From: a bacterium | GTDB taxonomy: Bacteria; UBA8248; JACPRG01; G963555815 | Reading direction: 5' to 3' | Length of the DNA: 64,000 nt | Assembly: GCA_965261595.1 (NCBI GenBank) | Contig: CBDHDG010000002.1 | Location: 64,001-128,000, forward strand | Shown: piece after piece, positions 51,946 to 61,863 of the stretch | Layout of the letters: each line of letters begins with the position of its first letter | Numbering within the stretch: position 1 is the stretch's first letter | The notes under the pieces: generated by a model | Seen by the model: the letters and a program-made list of their open reading frames with translations, nothing else | What the model was told of the DNA's origin: nothing | The model's database searches: none | Translations under genes and position numbers: made by a program

Positions 51946-53112
51946 CTAAGAGCAGCAGGTCTCCGCCCCCGGGGCTTCCGTTCCCGCGCGGTCCAGGATT
52001 CCGAAGAACGGCGCGTAGTGGGGATGTCTCAGGACGTTGGTGGTCTTCGAGCAGATCTCCAGGGCCTCGCCGCGAGGATACGCGTGGCCGTCGTCGTCCT
52101 CCGCGCGAAGGAACGGCCCGCCCAAAAGGGCGAACCGGCCTGTCCAGACGCACGGGCCCGAGTCGGGAAGCACGGGTTCCGTCCCGTCCACGGGCGCGTC
52201 GTCCTTTTGCGGAACCGCCCCCTCGAAGAGGCCGCGGTATCCGGGAAGGCCCAGGACGCGGGCCGTTTTCCCGTCCACCGTCCGGCGGACCCCCCGCGCG
52301 TACTCATTGCCCAGCTCATCCCGGGCAGCGGAGAACGGTCCCTGGAAAACAACTTCCACGTCTCCGGATCCCTCCTCCTTCCCATTCTCGATCTTGTATC
52401 CGAGGAGCGTCACCGAGATGAAGTGGATGCCGTCGATGGACTGCCAGGGGGCGAACTTCTCCTGCGTCAGCCCCCGAAACCCGGCCCGGTTGAGGCCGTC
52501 CAGGTAATCTCTCATGGGCAGCGCGCCGGAAAGGCAGGCGCCCCACTTGTCGGGGTCGTGGATGAGGTAGTTCGGCACGGATTGGTCGGCGACGATGTCG
52601 GAGATGCAGAACCGGCCCCCGGGGCGAAGGACCCGGAAGATCTCGCCGAACACCCGGTTCTTATCGGGCGTGAGGTTGATGACGCAGTTCGAGATGACCA
52701 GATCGACCGTCCCGTCCTCGACCGGCAGGTCGTCGGCCAGACCCTTTCTGAAATCGACCCGCACCTCATCGTGCCCCAGGTTTTCCGCAACCGCCGGGGC
52801 GTATTTTTGGGCGACGGCGAGCATTTCGTCCGTCATGTCCACGCCGATGACCCGGCCCGAGCTCCCCGTCCGGCGCAGGGCGTCGAAGCAGTCAATGCCG
52901 CCTCCGGACCCGATGTCGACCACCGTCTCTCCCGATCGGATGTGGCCGATGCCGGCCGGGGAGCCGCATCCGTAAGAGATCTTCATGACTTCCTCGGGGA
53001 TGAACGATTTCAAATCGGCCGCGTCGTACCCCGTCGGACAGCAGAGGGCCTCTTCCCGCCGGCCCGCCGCCGAGGAATATCTTTGCCGGACGATTTCTTC
53101 CGTGGTCGCCAT
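51946..53112 (-). CDS. arsM: Arsenite S-adenosylmethionine methyltransferase-like protein with an extended C-terminus
   Basis: LCCP, SYGCGSP, VDIGSGGGIDC, GVDMT, ISNCVINL, WGACLSGA, terminal CCS. Confidence 0.82.
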   Translation of the reverse strand: MATTEEIVRQRYSSAAGRREEALCCPTGYDAADLKSFIPEEVMKISYGCGSPAGIGHIRSGETVVDIGSGGGIDCFDALRRTGSSGRVIGVDMTDEMLAVAQKYAPAVAENLGHDEVRVDFRKGLADDLPVEDGTVDLVISNCVINLTPDKNRVFGEIFRVLRPGGRFCISDIVADQSVPNYLIHDPDKWGACLSGALPMRDYLDGLNRAGFRGLTQEKFAPWQSIDGIHFISVTLLGYKIENGKEEGSGDVEVVFQGPFSAARDELGNEYARGVRRTVDGKTARVLGLPGYRGLFEGAVPQKDDAPVDGTEPVLPDSGPCVWTGRFALLGGPFLRAEDDDGHAYPRGEALEICSKTTNVLRHPHYAPFFGILDRAGTEAPGAETCCS

Positions 53113-53257
53113 GCTTGATTCCTTTCCCCCGCCGGACTGAAAATGTCCTTGTATCTTTATTAAGCGTTCACAGCTTTTAAATCAAGATGGGCGGGGAGAT
53201 GAGGAAAGGCGGAGACATGACGAGTCCGAAACGCGGAACGGACCGGAGGAGGCGTCA

Positions 53258-54706
53258 TTGGACCTGATCATTCGCAACGGCGACGTCGTGACGGCGTCGG
53301 CCGTCTACCGGGCGGACATCGGGATAACGGGCGGGAAGATCGTCCGCATCGAAAGGGGGCTTGCCGGCGCGGCCGCCAGCGAAGCCGGGATGGCCCCCAA
53401 CGCGGCCGCCCGGATGAAGGTGTATGACGCAACCGGCAAGTTCGTCCTGCCCGGCGCCATCGACGTTCACACCCACTTCGACATGCCGCTGCCGGCCACC
53501 CGGGTCTCCGACGATTTCCGGACCGGGACCCTCGCCGCCGCGTGCGGAGGGATCACGTCGATCATCGACTTCGCCAACCAGGTCCAAGGAGAGAGCCTCG
53601 CCAAGACCCTCGACGACTGGCGGGAGCGGGCGCACGGCAACGCCGTCGTGGATTACGGCTTTCATATGACCATCACCGACGCCCGGGATGAAGTCCTGGA
53701 CGAGATCCCGCGGATCCGCGATCAGGGGATCACGACGCTCAAGATCCTCATGGCGTACAAAGGGACCCTCATGCAGGACGACGCCGCGATCTGCCGGATC
53801 CTGGAGCGGGCGGTGAAGGAGGGGCTCCTCGTCCTGGTCCACTGCGAGAACGGGGGGGTCATCGACGCGCGCCAGAAACAGTTCGCGGCGGAGGGTAAGC
53901 TTTCCCCCGTCTGGCATCCCCGGAGCCGCCCGCCCATCCTCGAGGGCGAGGCCACGGGCCGGGTCATCGACATCGCGGAGATGGTCGGGGCGCCTGTCTA
54001 TGTCGTACACCTCACTTGCCGGCAGGCCCTGGAGCGGGTGCAGGCCGCGCGCGCGCGCGGGCTTCCCGTGTTCGCGGAAACGTGCCCCCAGTACCTCGTC
54101 CTGGACGAATCGATGATCGACGCGCCCGGCTTCGAGGGGGCCAAGTTCGTCTGCTCCCCGCCGCTTCGGGAGAAGTCCCACCAGGCGGTTCTGTGGGCCG
54201 GTCTGCGGAACGGATTCCTTTCCGTCGTGGGATCGGACCACGCCCCCTTCAACTTCAAGGGCCAAAAGGAGCTTGGACGGGAGAACTTTCTCCTGATCCC
54301 CAACGGCCTTCCCGGCTCGGAGACCCTCGTGCCGATCCTCTATTCCGAAGGCGTCCGGAAGGGCCGGATTTCGCTCAATGAGATGGTCGCCCTCACGAGC
54401 GCCAACCCGGCGAAGCTCTTCGGGCTGTTTCCGGAGAAGGGGACGCTGTCGGTCGGGAGCGACGCCGATCTCATGATCCTCGATCCGGAAAAGCGGGTCG
54501 TCCTCGGCCGCGACACCCTGCACCACCGTGTGGATTACAGCCCCTATGAGGGGATGGAGGTTCAAGGGGTCCCCGTGGCGACCCTCTCGCGCGGGGTCTT
54601 CCTGAACCGCGACGGGGAGGTCACCGCGCCCGCGGGCCACGGCCGGTTCCTGGCGCGCGGACAGAGCGCGGCCTTCGATGGACTGACGGAACGTGCCGGT
54701 CTCTGA
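53258..54706 (+). CDS. hydA: Dihydropyrimidinase / D-hydantoinase
   Basis: IDVHTH, VVDYGFH, VHCENG, AETCPQYL, FVCSPPLR, GSDHAPF, DYSPYEG. Confidence 0.9.
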   Translation: MDLIIRNGDVVTASAVYRADIGITGGKIVRIERGLAGAAASEAGMAPNAAARMKVYDATGKFVLPGAIDVHTHFDMPLPATRVSDDFRTGTLAAACGGITSIIDFANQVQGESLAKTLDDWRERAHGNAVVDYGFHMTITDARDEVLDEIPRIRDQGITTLKILMAYKGTLMQDDAAICRILERAVKEGLLVLVHCENGGVIDARQKQFAAEGKLSPVWHPRSRPPILEGEATGRVIDIAEMVGAPVYVVHLTCRQALERVQAARARGLPVFAETCPQYLVLDESMIDAPGFEGAKFVCSPPLREKSHQAVLWAGLRNGFLSVVGSDHAPFNFKGQKELGRENFLLIPNGLPGSETLVPILYSEGVRKGRISLNEMVALTSANPAKLFGLFPEKGTLSVGSDADLMILDPEKRVVLGRDTLHHRVDYSPYEGMEVQGVPVATLSRGVFLNRDGEVTAPAGHGRFLARGQSAAFDGLTERAGL

Positions 54707-54813
54707 GGGGGGCGAATTCAAGGGCCGACCGGTCCCGGACCGCGCCGCCCCCCCCTCCCCCCCCGTCCCCCCCCCCCCCTCCCCCCTCCCCCCCCGGGGA
54801 CGCGGTTCTCGTC

Positions 54814-55524
54814 GTGATGGCCAAGGCCCCCCGTCCGGGGGAGGTCAAGACGCGCCTGGTTCCTCCTTTGCGGCCGGAGGACGCCGCCGCGCTGCACCGG
54901 TGCTGCGTGCTCGACACCCTGGAGAAGGTCTCGCGGCTGGATGGGGTCGACATCGCGCTGGCCTATTGGCCCCCAGACGCGGAGGCCGAATTCGATAAGC
55001 TTTGGTCCGGGGAGGGGGGGGGGCTTCGATTTTCCCAGGCGGGACGCGACTTGGGCGAGCGGATGCTGACCTGTTTCAGACGGGTCTTCGACGCGGGATA
55101 CCGGTGCGCCGCGCTCCACGGGACCGACATCCCGCTCGCGAGCGCCGGGGAGCTGGCCCGGGGCTTTGAGCGGCTCAGGCGTGATTCGGCCGATCTGGTT
55201 CTGGGCCCGACGGACGACGGGGGTTATTACTTTATCGGGGCGCGCGCTGTCCATCCCGAGTTGTTCGAGGGGGGGGGGAGGGGGGGGGGGATTCGGTGGG
55301 GCGCGCCGGAGGTCCTGGAGAGCACGCGGAGACGCGCGGAGGCCCTCGGCCTGCGTACGGAAGAGATCGCCCGGGCCCGCGACCTCGATACGCCCGAAGA
55401 CCTGCGGGCGCTCCGCGACGCCTTCGCCCAGCCCGGTTTCCTGAAGGGAAAAACGTCCCCCCATCCCCACCCGGCTCCGAGGACGCGCGAGTTTCTGATG
55501 AATCTCCCGGAAGAAATCCGGTAG
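54814..55524 (+). CDS. DUF2064/TIGR04282 CofC-like glycosyltransferase (arsenosugar-associated); true start probably upstream
   Basis: [50 protein letters not shown]. Confidence 0.85.
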   Translation: MMAKAPRPGEVKTRLVPPLRPEDAAALHRCCVLDTLEKVSRLDGVDIALAYWPPDAEAEFDKLWSGEGGGLRFSQAGRDLGERMLTCFRRVFDAGYRCAALHGTDIPLASAGELARGFERLRRDSADLVLGPTDDGGYYFIGARAVHPELFEGGGRGGGIRWGAPEVLESTRRRAEALGLRTEEIARARDLDTPEDLRALRDAFAQPGFLKGKTSPHPHPAPRTREFLMNLPEEIR

Positions 55525-55603
55525 GTCTCAGTGGCGCGTCCGGGCCGATTTCACTATCATGATTCATGGGGGGGATAACGGGGGCGGGGCGAGTGGATAT
55601 GCC

Positions 55604-56011
55604 ATGGAAGAATCCAAGATTCGCGTGTTGATTGCCAAGCCCGGCCTTGATGGCCACGACCGGGGCGCGAAGGTGGTGGCCCATGCCTTGCGCGACGCGG
55701 GGATGGAGGTCATCTACACGGGCATCCGCCAGACCCCCGATCAGATAGCTCGGGCCGCTCTCCAGGAGGACGTGGACGCGGTGGGTCTCAGCTCGCTGTC
55801 GGGGGCGCACGCCACACTGTTTCCGCGCGTTTTGGAAAGCCTGCGGGAGCGGGGTCTGGGGGACATCGTGGTCTTCGGCGGGGGGATCATCCCGCCGGAG
55901 GACGCCGAGGAATTGAAAGGGAAGGGCATGCACGCCTTGTTCGGGCCGGGAACCGGCACCGGAGAAATCATCGAGTTCATCCGCAAGGCGGTCAAGCCGA
56001 GGTCCGCCTGA
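55604..56011 (+). CDS. Cobalamin-binding domain protein (methylmalonyl-CoA mutase small subunit type)
   Basis: [33 protein letters not shown]. Confidence 0.92.
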   Translation: MEESKIRVLIAKPGLDGHDRGAKVVAHALRDAGMEVIYTGIRQTPDQIARAALQEDVDAVGLSSLSGAHATLFPRVLESLRERGLGDIVVFGGGIIPPEDAEELKGKGMHALFGPGTGTGEIIEFIRKAVKPRSA

Positions 56012-56102
56012 ATTGTCCCGGCCCTCCACGCGATACGCGGACAGGCCATTCATCATTCAGGGAACCATCGTCTTCTTTGAGAGAAATATTGGATAGGGAG
56101 GT

Positions 56103-56957
56103 GTGTTCTTGCCCCTTCAGATTTTGATGGAAGAGGAGTTGGAGCGTGAGGCGGGTCTGAAGCGCGAGGAGATCTCGGCGCCCATCGAGGAGGAAAAGGA
56201 CAGCGCGCTCCTGGATGGGGACCGTTGGAAGACCGTTTCCATCTCGGCGATGGCGGGGTTGGCGTTCTTCGGTTGGCTTTGGATGTCCGTCCTGGGTCCG
56301 AAGCTGAACTGGTTCGGCGCCCCGGGTCCGTCTTCGGCTGATCGCGGGTCGGTCGAAGAGGCGCGGGGCGATCAATCCTCCTACCTCCACGCCGACACCA
56401 ACCTGGTGAAGTTCGTGCAAAGCCGGCTGAACCAATTGGGGTTTCGCGCCGGAAGTGTGGATGGCGTCGTCGGCCCCAGGACGATGGAAGCCCTGGAGCG
56501 CTTTCAGATGAGTCAGGGTCTCCTGGTCACCGGCGTTATCGACCGGAAGACCAAAGAGGCCCTCGACAAGCTCAATCTGCCGAAGGGAAAATCGGAGCCC
56601 TACCAAGTCGCGCGGGCGCGCCGGGAAAAGTTCCGGAGCGGGCCGCGGTTCATTGTCGACCTCTCGATGGACCCGGCCTTGAGCCGGAAGGGCGTCGAGA
56701 AACACGTCCGCCGCGTCACCGTCCGGTACGCCAAGGCCAACCCCGACGTGAAGCGGTTTCACGTGCGGGGCTACCTGGGGATCGCCTCCCTGTCCGCCGG
56801 GGCGTACGCCATCGCGGACTGGAATCGGAAGGGAAAGGACGTCTCCGCGCTTCAGGGGTTCAAAATCCGGTTCCAGGAGTGGGTCCGCAAAGACATCGCC
56901 GGAACCCTTCCCCCCCCTTCCCACCCTCCGACAATGAAACCGGCGGCCGGGAATTGA
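56103..56957 (+). CDS. Membrane-anchored peptidoglycan-binding domain protein
   Basis: TM helix then VQSRLNQLGF..GSVDGVVGPRTMEALERFQ...L.VTGVID..T. Confidence 0.8.
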   Translation: MFLPLQILMEEELEREAGLKREEISAPIEEEKDSALLDGDRWKTVSISAMAGLAFFGWLWMSVLGPKLNWFGAPGPSSADRGSVEEARGDQSSYLHADTNLVKFVQSRLNQLGFRAGSVDGVVGPRTMEALERFQMSQGLLVTGVIDRKTKEALDKLNLPKGKSEPYQVARARREKFRSGPRFIVDLSMDPALSRKGVEKHVRRVTVRYAKANPDVKRFHVRGYLGIASLSAGAYAIADWNRKGKDVSALQGFKIRFQEWVRKDIAGTLPPPSHPPTMKPAAGN

Positions 56958-57015
56958 CGCGCGGGTCGGCGGCGATCCCTTCGCCGCGCCGGAGAACACC
57001 CGGAAGGAAGGGCCG

Positions 57016-57837
57016 TTGCTGAACCTCGGCATTGTGGGCCTTGGGGCCATCGGGCGGACTGTCTGCCGGGCGGTCGTGGCGGGGGAGGCGGAGGGGGGGG
57101 GCGAACTCCGCGCGCGCGTCGCGGCCGTCACGAGTCGGGACCGCGCCAAGGCGGAGGATTTCCTGCGCGCCCTCGGCGGCTCTCCGCCTCCCTGGATGCC
57201 GCTTGAGGACCTGATCGCCCGCTCGGACCTGATCGTCGAGGCGGCGGGCGGGCCGGTGGTTCCATCCCTCGCCGAGGCCGTTTTCGACGCCGGGAAGGAC
57301 CTCATGGTCATCAGCGTCGGGGCGTTCCTGAGCCGGCCGGACTTGGTGGAGCGGGCCCGGCGGGAAGGGCGGCGTCTCTACATCCCGACGGGGGCCCTGG
57401 CCGGGCTGGACGGTGTGAAGGCCGCCATGGCGGGGCGGGTGGACCGGGTGGTGATGACCACGCGGAAGCCGCCGCGCGGACTCGCCGGGGCGCCGCATCT
57501 GGTGCGGAACAACATCTCCCTCGATGGCCTCCGGGAGCCCAAGGTGGTCTTCGAGGGGTCCGCCCAGGAGGCCTTGCGCGGTTTTCCCGAGAACGTCAAC
57601 GTGTGCGCCGGGTTGAGCTTGGCGGGGATCGGGCCCGAGAAGACGCGAATCCGGGTCATTGCCGATCCCGGGATCGAGCGGAACATGCACACCTACGAAG
57701 TCGTAGGCGAGGCGGGCCGGATGACGGTCCAAATCGAGAACATCCCGACGGAAAATCCCAAAACCGGCCGCTTGACGGCCATGGCAATCATCGCCGGCCT
57801 GAGGGAGATTGCGGATTCCCTCCACGTCGGCACGTAG
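57016..57837 (+). CDS. nadX: L-aspartate dehydrogenase
   Basis: GLGAIG, VEAAG, SVGA, TGALAGLD, TRKPP, FPENVNV, ENPKT. Confidence 0.88.
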   Translation: MLNLGIVGLGAIGRTVCRAVVAGEAEGGGELRARVAAVTSRDRAKAEDFLRALGGSPPPWMPLEDLIARSDLIVEAAGGPVVPSLAEAVFDAGKDLMVISVGAFLSRPDLVERARREGRRLYIPTGALAGLDGVKAAMAGRVDRVVMTTRKPPRGLAGAPHLVRNNISLDGLREPKVVFEGSAQEALRGFPENVNVCAGLSLAGIGPEKTRIRVIADPGIERNMHTYEVVGEAGRMTVQIENIPTENPKTGRLTAMAIIAGLREIADSLHVGT

Positions 57838-57878
57838 GGGTTTCCACATCCCGACACACCCATGCCCCCGACAAACCC

Positions 57879-59510
57879 ATGCCGATGAATAACGCAGAGC
57901 TGATTGTGGCCATCCTGGAGCGGGCCGGGGTCCGGCGCGTCTTCGGCGTTCCCAGCGGGCCGACCCTCCCTCTCATGGAGGCCCTGCGGAACAGCCCGCT
58001 CGAATACGTTCTTACCGCGCACGAGTCGAGCGCCGGGTTCATGGCCGACGCCACCGGCAGGCTCACGGGCGCGCCGGGGGTCTGCGTCTCCACCCTCGGT
58101 CCGGGCGCGACGAACCTCGCGACGGGGGTCGGGAACGCGCTTCTGGACGCCGCGCCGATCCTCGCGTTCACCTGCACGGTGGACACGCGCCTGCGGAACC
58201 GCCGGGTGCAGATGCGCATCGACCACCACGCCCTGTTCGCCCCGCTCACCAAGGCCTCTTTCCGGATCGAGCGGGGGAAGGTCGGCGAGACCGTGGCCCG
58301 GGCCGTCCGGATCGCCCTGTCGGAGCCGCCGGGGCCGGTCCACCTGGACTTGCCAGAGGACGTGGCGGTAGCCGAGACCGAGGAGCCGGTCCCCGACCTC
58401 GCGGCGCCCGAGCGCGCCCCCCCGGCCCCGGCGGAAGCATTGCGCCGGGTCGCGGACGCCTTGGCGCGTTCGGAAAGACCCCTCGCCATCCTGGGGATCT
58501 CCCTCACCCGCGCGAACGCCCGCGACGACCTGTTGGCCTTCATCGAAGAGCGGAGCCTGCCCTTCGTCACGACGTTGATGGCCAAGGGTTATCTCCCAGA
58601 CGACCATCCCCTGAACGCCGGCGTCGTCGGCCGCGCGCGCCGGACCGACGTGGAGCGATTCACGGACCGGGCGGACTTCATCCTCGGCATCGGTTACGAC
58701 GTGATCGAGATCAATTACGAGGACTGGGTCCGCGGCGGGGTCCCCGTGGCGTCGGTGGACGTCCGTGCCGCCGACGTGGACGGGTCGGTCGATCTCAAGG
58801 CGGAGGCGGTCGGCGGTCTGGAAGGGTCGCTCCGGCATCTGCGCGACCTCCCCGCCGGAAAGACGGTCTGGACGGAAGGTGAGATCAAAGAACACCGCGA
58901 ACAGTTCGAGCGGAATCTCAGACCCACGGGTTACGGGTTTTCCCCCCACGAGGTCATCGACGTGTTGCGGGAGGAGCTTCCGGACGACGGGTTGATGGTT
59001 TGCGACGTGGGCGGGCACCTCCACCAGGTCGCTTCCCAGTGGACGGCCCGAAGGCCGTTCACCTCTCTTTCCACCAACGGCTGGTCTTCGATGGGGTACG
59101 CGATCCCCGCCGCCCTCGCCGCCAAGCTGGCTCGGCCGGAGCGGGAAGTCCTCGCCATCGTGGGGGACGGGTGCTTTCAGATGATGGCCGGCGAGATGGC
59201 GACGGCCCGGCGCCTCGGCCTGAGGGTTCTCTTCGTCGTCCTCAACGACGGCGACCTGGCCCTCATCCGTGTGAAGCAGGAGCGGAAGGGCCTCGAAGTT
59301 TACGGCGTGGACCTGGGCCCGGAAGGGGGAGGGGGAGGGAGGGAGGAGCCGGTTGAGCCGCCCCCGCACTACTTCGGCGTTCCCTGTGCGGCAGTCCGGT
59401 GCCCCGAGGAGCTTCGCAAGGCGATCCGGGAAGCGTTCGAGGCCGACGGGCCCACGGTCATTGAGGCGATCGTCGACGGCCGGGAATACTCCGAGACGGT
59501 TTACGACTGA
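57879..59510 (+). CDS. Acetolactate-synthase-like TPP-binding protein
   Basis: FGVPSG, HESSAGFMAD, TLGPGATN, GPVHLDLP, SMGYAIP, GDGCFQM. Confidence 0.88.
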   Translation: MPMNNAELIVAILERAGVRRVFGVPSGPTLPLMEALRNSPLEYVLTAHESSAGFMADATGRLTGAPGVCVSTLGPGATNLATGVGNALLDAAPILAFTCTVDTRLRNRRVQMRIDHHALFAPLTKASFRIERGKVGETVARAVRIALSEPPGPVHLDLPEDVAVAETEEPVPDLAAPERAPPAPAEALRRVADALARSERPLAILGISLTRANARDDLLAFIEERSLPFVTTLMAKGYLPDDHPLNAGVVGRARRTDVERFTDRADFILGIGYDVIEINYEDWVRGGVPVASVDVRAADVDGSVDLKAEAVGGLEGSLRHLRDLPAGKTVWTEGEIKEHREQFERNLRPTGYGFSPHEVIDVLREELPDDGLMVCDVGGHLHQVASQWTARRPFTSLSTNGWSSMGYAIPAALAAKLARPEREVLAIVGDGCFQMMAGEMATARRLGLRVLFVVLNDGDLALIRVKQERKGLEVYGVDLGPEGGGGGREEPVEPPPHYFGVPCAAVRCPEELRKAIREAFEADGPTVIEAIVDGREYSETVYD

Positions 59511-59560
59511 TGCTCTCGCCCCCCCCCTCCCCCTCGTCCCGATGTTTCAAGAGAGTGTGC

Positions 59561-59672
59561 CACTGGCGGCTTGTCCGCCAGTGCCGCCTTTGGCCCGCTG
59601 GTCCGCCCTGCATGTCATTCCGAGCGAGGGGTCGGCAGACCCCGAGGGTCCACCGACCCCGAGGAGGAATCT
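59561..59672. repeat. Two REP-like palindromic elements
   Basis: CACTGGCGG-CTTGT-CCGCCAGTG (59561-83); GTCATTCCGAGCG...GGGGTCGG..CCGACCCC...GGAATCT (59614-72). Confidence 0.5.
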
Positions 59673-59772
59673 CGCAGTGCCGCTCCTGTTTTCTTTGACC
59701 TCTTTTGCGGACTCCGTTAATATTTCCGGTGTCTAATCCAGAATGACGAATATGCAAATGGAGGGGCTGGGG

Positions 59773-61062
59773 ATGAGGTCAATCCTGCGCGGTGCGGTGT
59801 TTTCCGTTCTGGGGGTTCTTTTTCTCGCATCGGCACTCTTCGCCCAGACGTTGACCGTCCGGGTCCCACGGGGCAATGTCCGCGCCCGGCCGGCGACCAC
59901 TTCCCCGATCATCGGCAAAATCAAAAAAGGCGAGCAGTACGACGTCGAGGCCCGGCGTGGCGACTGGTTCAAGATTCTCCTGGAAACCGGTCAGGAAGGT
60001 TGGGTGTTCAAGTCGCTTGTGGGTGTGTCAGGCAAGCGGACCGTTGGAGTCATGCCGGTAGCTCCCGCCACGTCTGTCTCAAGTCCCTACGGGAACTCCT
60101 GGGCGGTGATCATCGGCATTGATCAATACAAGACCGCGCCGGGCCTGCAATATGCGGTGAACGATGCCAGATCCATTGCCGCCGCGCTTCCCGCTCTCGG
60201 ATTTCCAAAAGAGAACATTTTCCTGCAGCTCAATGAGAAAGCCACAAGGGGGAACATTGTAAGCCTCTTGGGTGACGCGCTCCCCAAGAAGGTCAAGGCC
60301 GATGATCGGCTTTTCGTCTTCTTCGCTGGGCATGGCGCAACCCGCTCTCTGCCGGGGGGAGGAAACCTGGGGTATTTGGTCCCCTATGACGGTGACCTGG
60401 ACCGCCTCCACGGAAGCGCGTTATCCATGCGCGAGCTTCGGGACATCTCCCGCCTCATTCCGGCAAAGCATATTTTCTACGCTGTAGACGCCTGCTACTC
60501 AGGTCTTCTGCTTGAGAGAGCTGTCCCCTCCCTCAGCCCCACGGCCCAGGGCTACCTGGAGGTCGTGACGAAACGACGGGTCCGGCAGATTCTTACCGCC
60601 GGGTTGAAGGACCAACCTGTGCTGGAGGAGGCCGGGCACGGCGTATTCACTCGTCGGCTTTTGGAAGGCTTGAATGGCAAGGCCGACCAGAACAGTGACG
60701 GAATCATAACCGGTCTTGAGCTTGGCTCATGGGTTGCCTCCAGGGTTGCATCCTCTACCGAAAACCGCCAGACCCCGACGTTCGGGACCATTGAAGGGGA
60801 TGGGCAGTTTGTATTTATGACCGCGAGGGCAGTCGATCCTTTGTATGCCGAGAGGCGAAATCTGAAAAGAATGCGGGCCGGCCTCGTGCGACTCCGGAGA
60901 GAGGCGGAGGAAGCCAAGCGGATGGCGCTGGAAGCGGCCCGGCTCACGCTCGAACAGGGGAAACGGCTGGCGGATGAGCGGCGAGAATTAGAGAAGTTGA
61001 AAAGGGAGGTCGCAAGCCAGACAGAGATTCAAGAGCGGTTACGGAAAACTAGGCTGCAATAG
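59773..61062 (+). CDS. Secreted SH3 + caspase (peptidase C14) + coiled-coil protein; frame continues past the TAG to 61404
   Basis: Signal peptide, NVRARP...GWV (SH3b), WAVIIGIDQY, AVNDA, FAGHG, DACYSG, HGVFT. Confidence 0.88.
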   Translation: MRSILRGAVFSVLGVLFLASALFAQTLTVRVPRGNVRARPATTSPIIGKIKKGEQYDVEARRGDWFKILLETGQEGWVFKSLVGVSGKRTVGVMPVAPATSVSSPYGNSWAVIIGIDQYKTAPGLQYAVNDARSIAAALPALGFPKENIFLQLNEKATRGNIVSLLGDALPKKVKADDRLFVFFAGHGATRSLPGGGNLGYLVPYDGDLDRLHGSALSMRELRDISRLIPAKHIFYAVDACYSGLLLERAVPSLSPTAQGYLEVVTKRRVRQILTAGLKDQPVLEEAGHGVFTRRLLEGLNGKADQNSDGIITGLELGSWVASRVASSTENRQTPTFGTIEGDGQFVFMTARAVDPLYAERRNLKRMRAGLVRLRREAEEAKRMALEAARLTLEQGKRLADERRELEKLKREVASQTEIQERLRKTRLQ

Positions 61063-61455
61063 CGCAAGTTACAAGCAAAAGTAAGAGTTCCTGCAATACC
61101 TGTTAAGAATCGAATAGAGCTAAATCGTCTATCGCCGGGCGTGCGCTACCGTATTTGCCTTTACCGCAATGAGGCATCAATTGAATTCTCAATAAATGGG
61201 AATACATTGAGCGGACAGGTTATCTATAGAAAAAGCAATAAACCAATAATTATCAGGTGGTGTTATTTTGGCGCTTGTCATAGATATCGCAAAGACAAAA
61301 CCACTATCATTGCTTTGCCAAATCGGGCTCCATTCGCAGGTGATACATTTACGACTAGAATTCCTCACTACATGAAGGCAATTGACCTCTCCACCACGCC
61401 ATAACCAAAAATTCTGCCTCAGCTTCACCAGTGGATAATCGCGGGGACACCATAC

Positions 61456-61789
61456 TTATTTCTCCCTATGCCCCCTTTTTTGTCCTGGCTTCTGCCGTTG
61501 CAGGATACGACCCAATGCCTGTTCAAGCTTTTCAACAAAACCGTCATTTCCCATGGGTCTGCCTGTCCTCAAGCCCTCCTCCGATTGCGGCAGCACGACC
61601 ATATGCACGTGGTCAGGCATCAGGCAGGAGGCCCAGGTCTGCACGGTCCAGCGGGAGGACCACTCAGAGATCAGACGGATGTATTCCTTATAATCCTCTT
61701 CACAGAAAAAGGTCTCCTGCCTGCGACCTTCCCCGCTGAGTGACGTGATGGGGTAAACTTGGCGCAACGACCCGTGCGATTCTTGGCAT
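61456..61789 (-). pseudogene. REP-associated tyrosine transposase (RAYT, Y1) remnant with a frameshift and an internal deletion
   Basis: MPRIARVVAPSLPHHVTQRG, then RRQETFF...CLMPDHVHM fused directly to RTGRPMG...LGRIL..QKPG; the catalytic Tyr region is absent. Confidence 0.8.
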
Positions 61790-61863
61790 GCACCGACACC
61801 ATGGCGGAGCAAGACAAAAGTCAAGAATTATGTGTGGCGCCCCTAGAATACTACATGTGAATC

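Noticed and set aside
53150..53190. ArsR operator between arsM and hydA
   Set aside because: Only an imperfect AT-rich inverted repeat and no intact arsR nearby; too weak to call.
61060..61062. Pyrrolysine read-through of the caspase TAG (also the TAG at 3335)
   Set aside because: No pyl genes seen and the codons are not at catalytic positions; a nonsense mutation is simpler.
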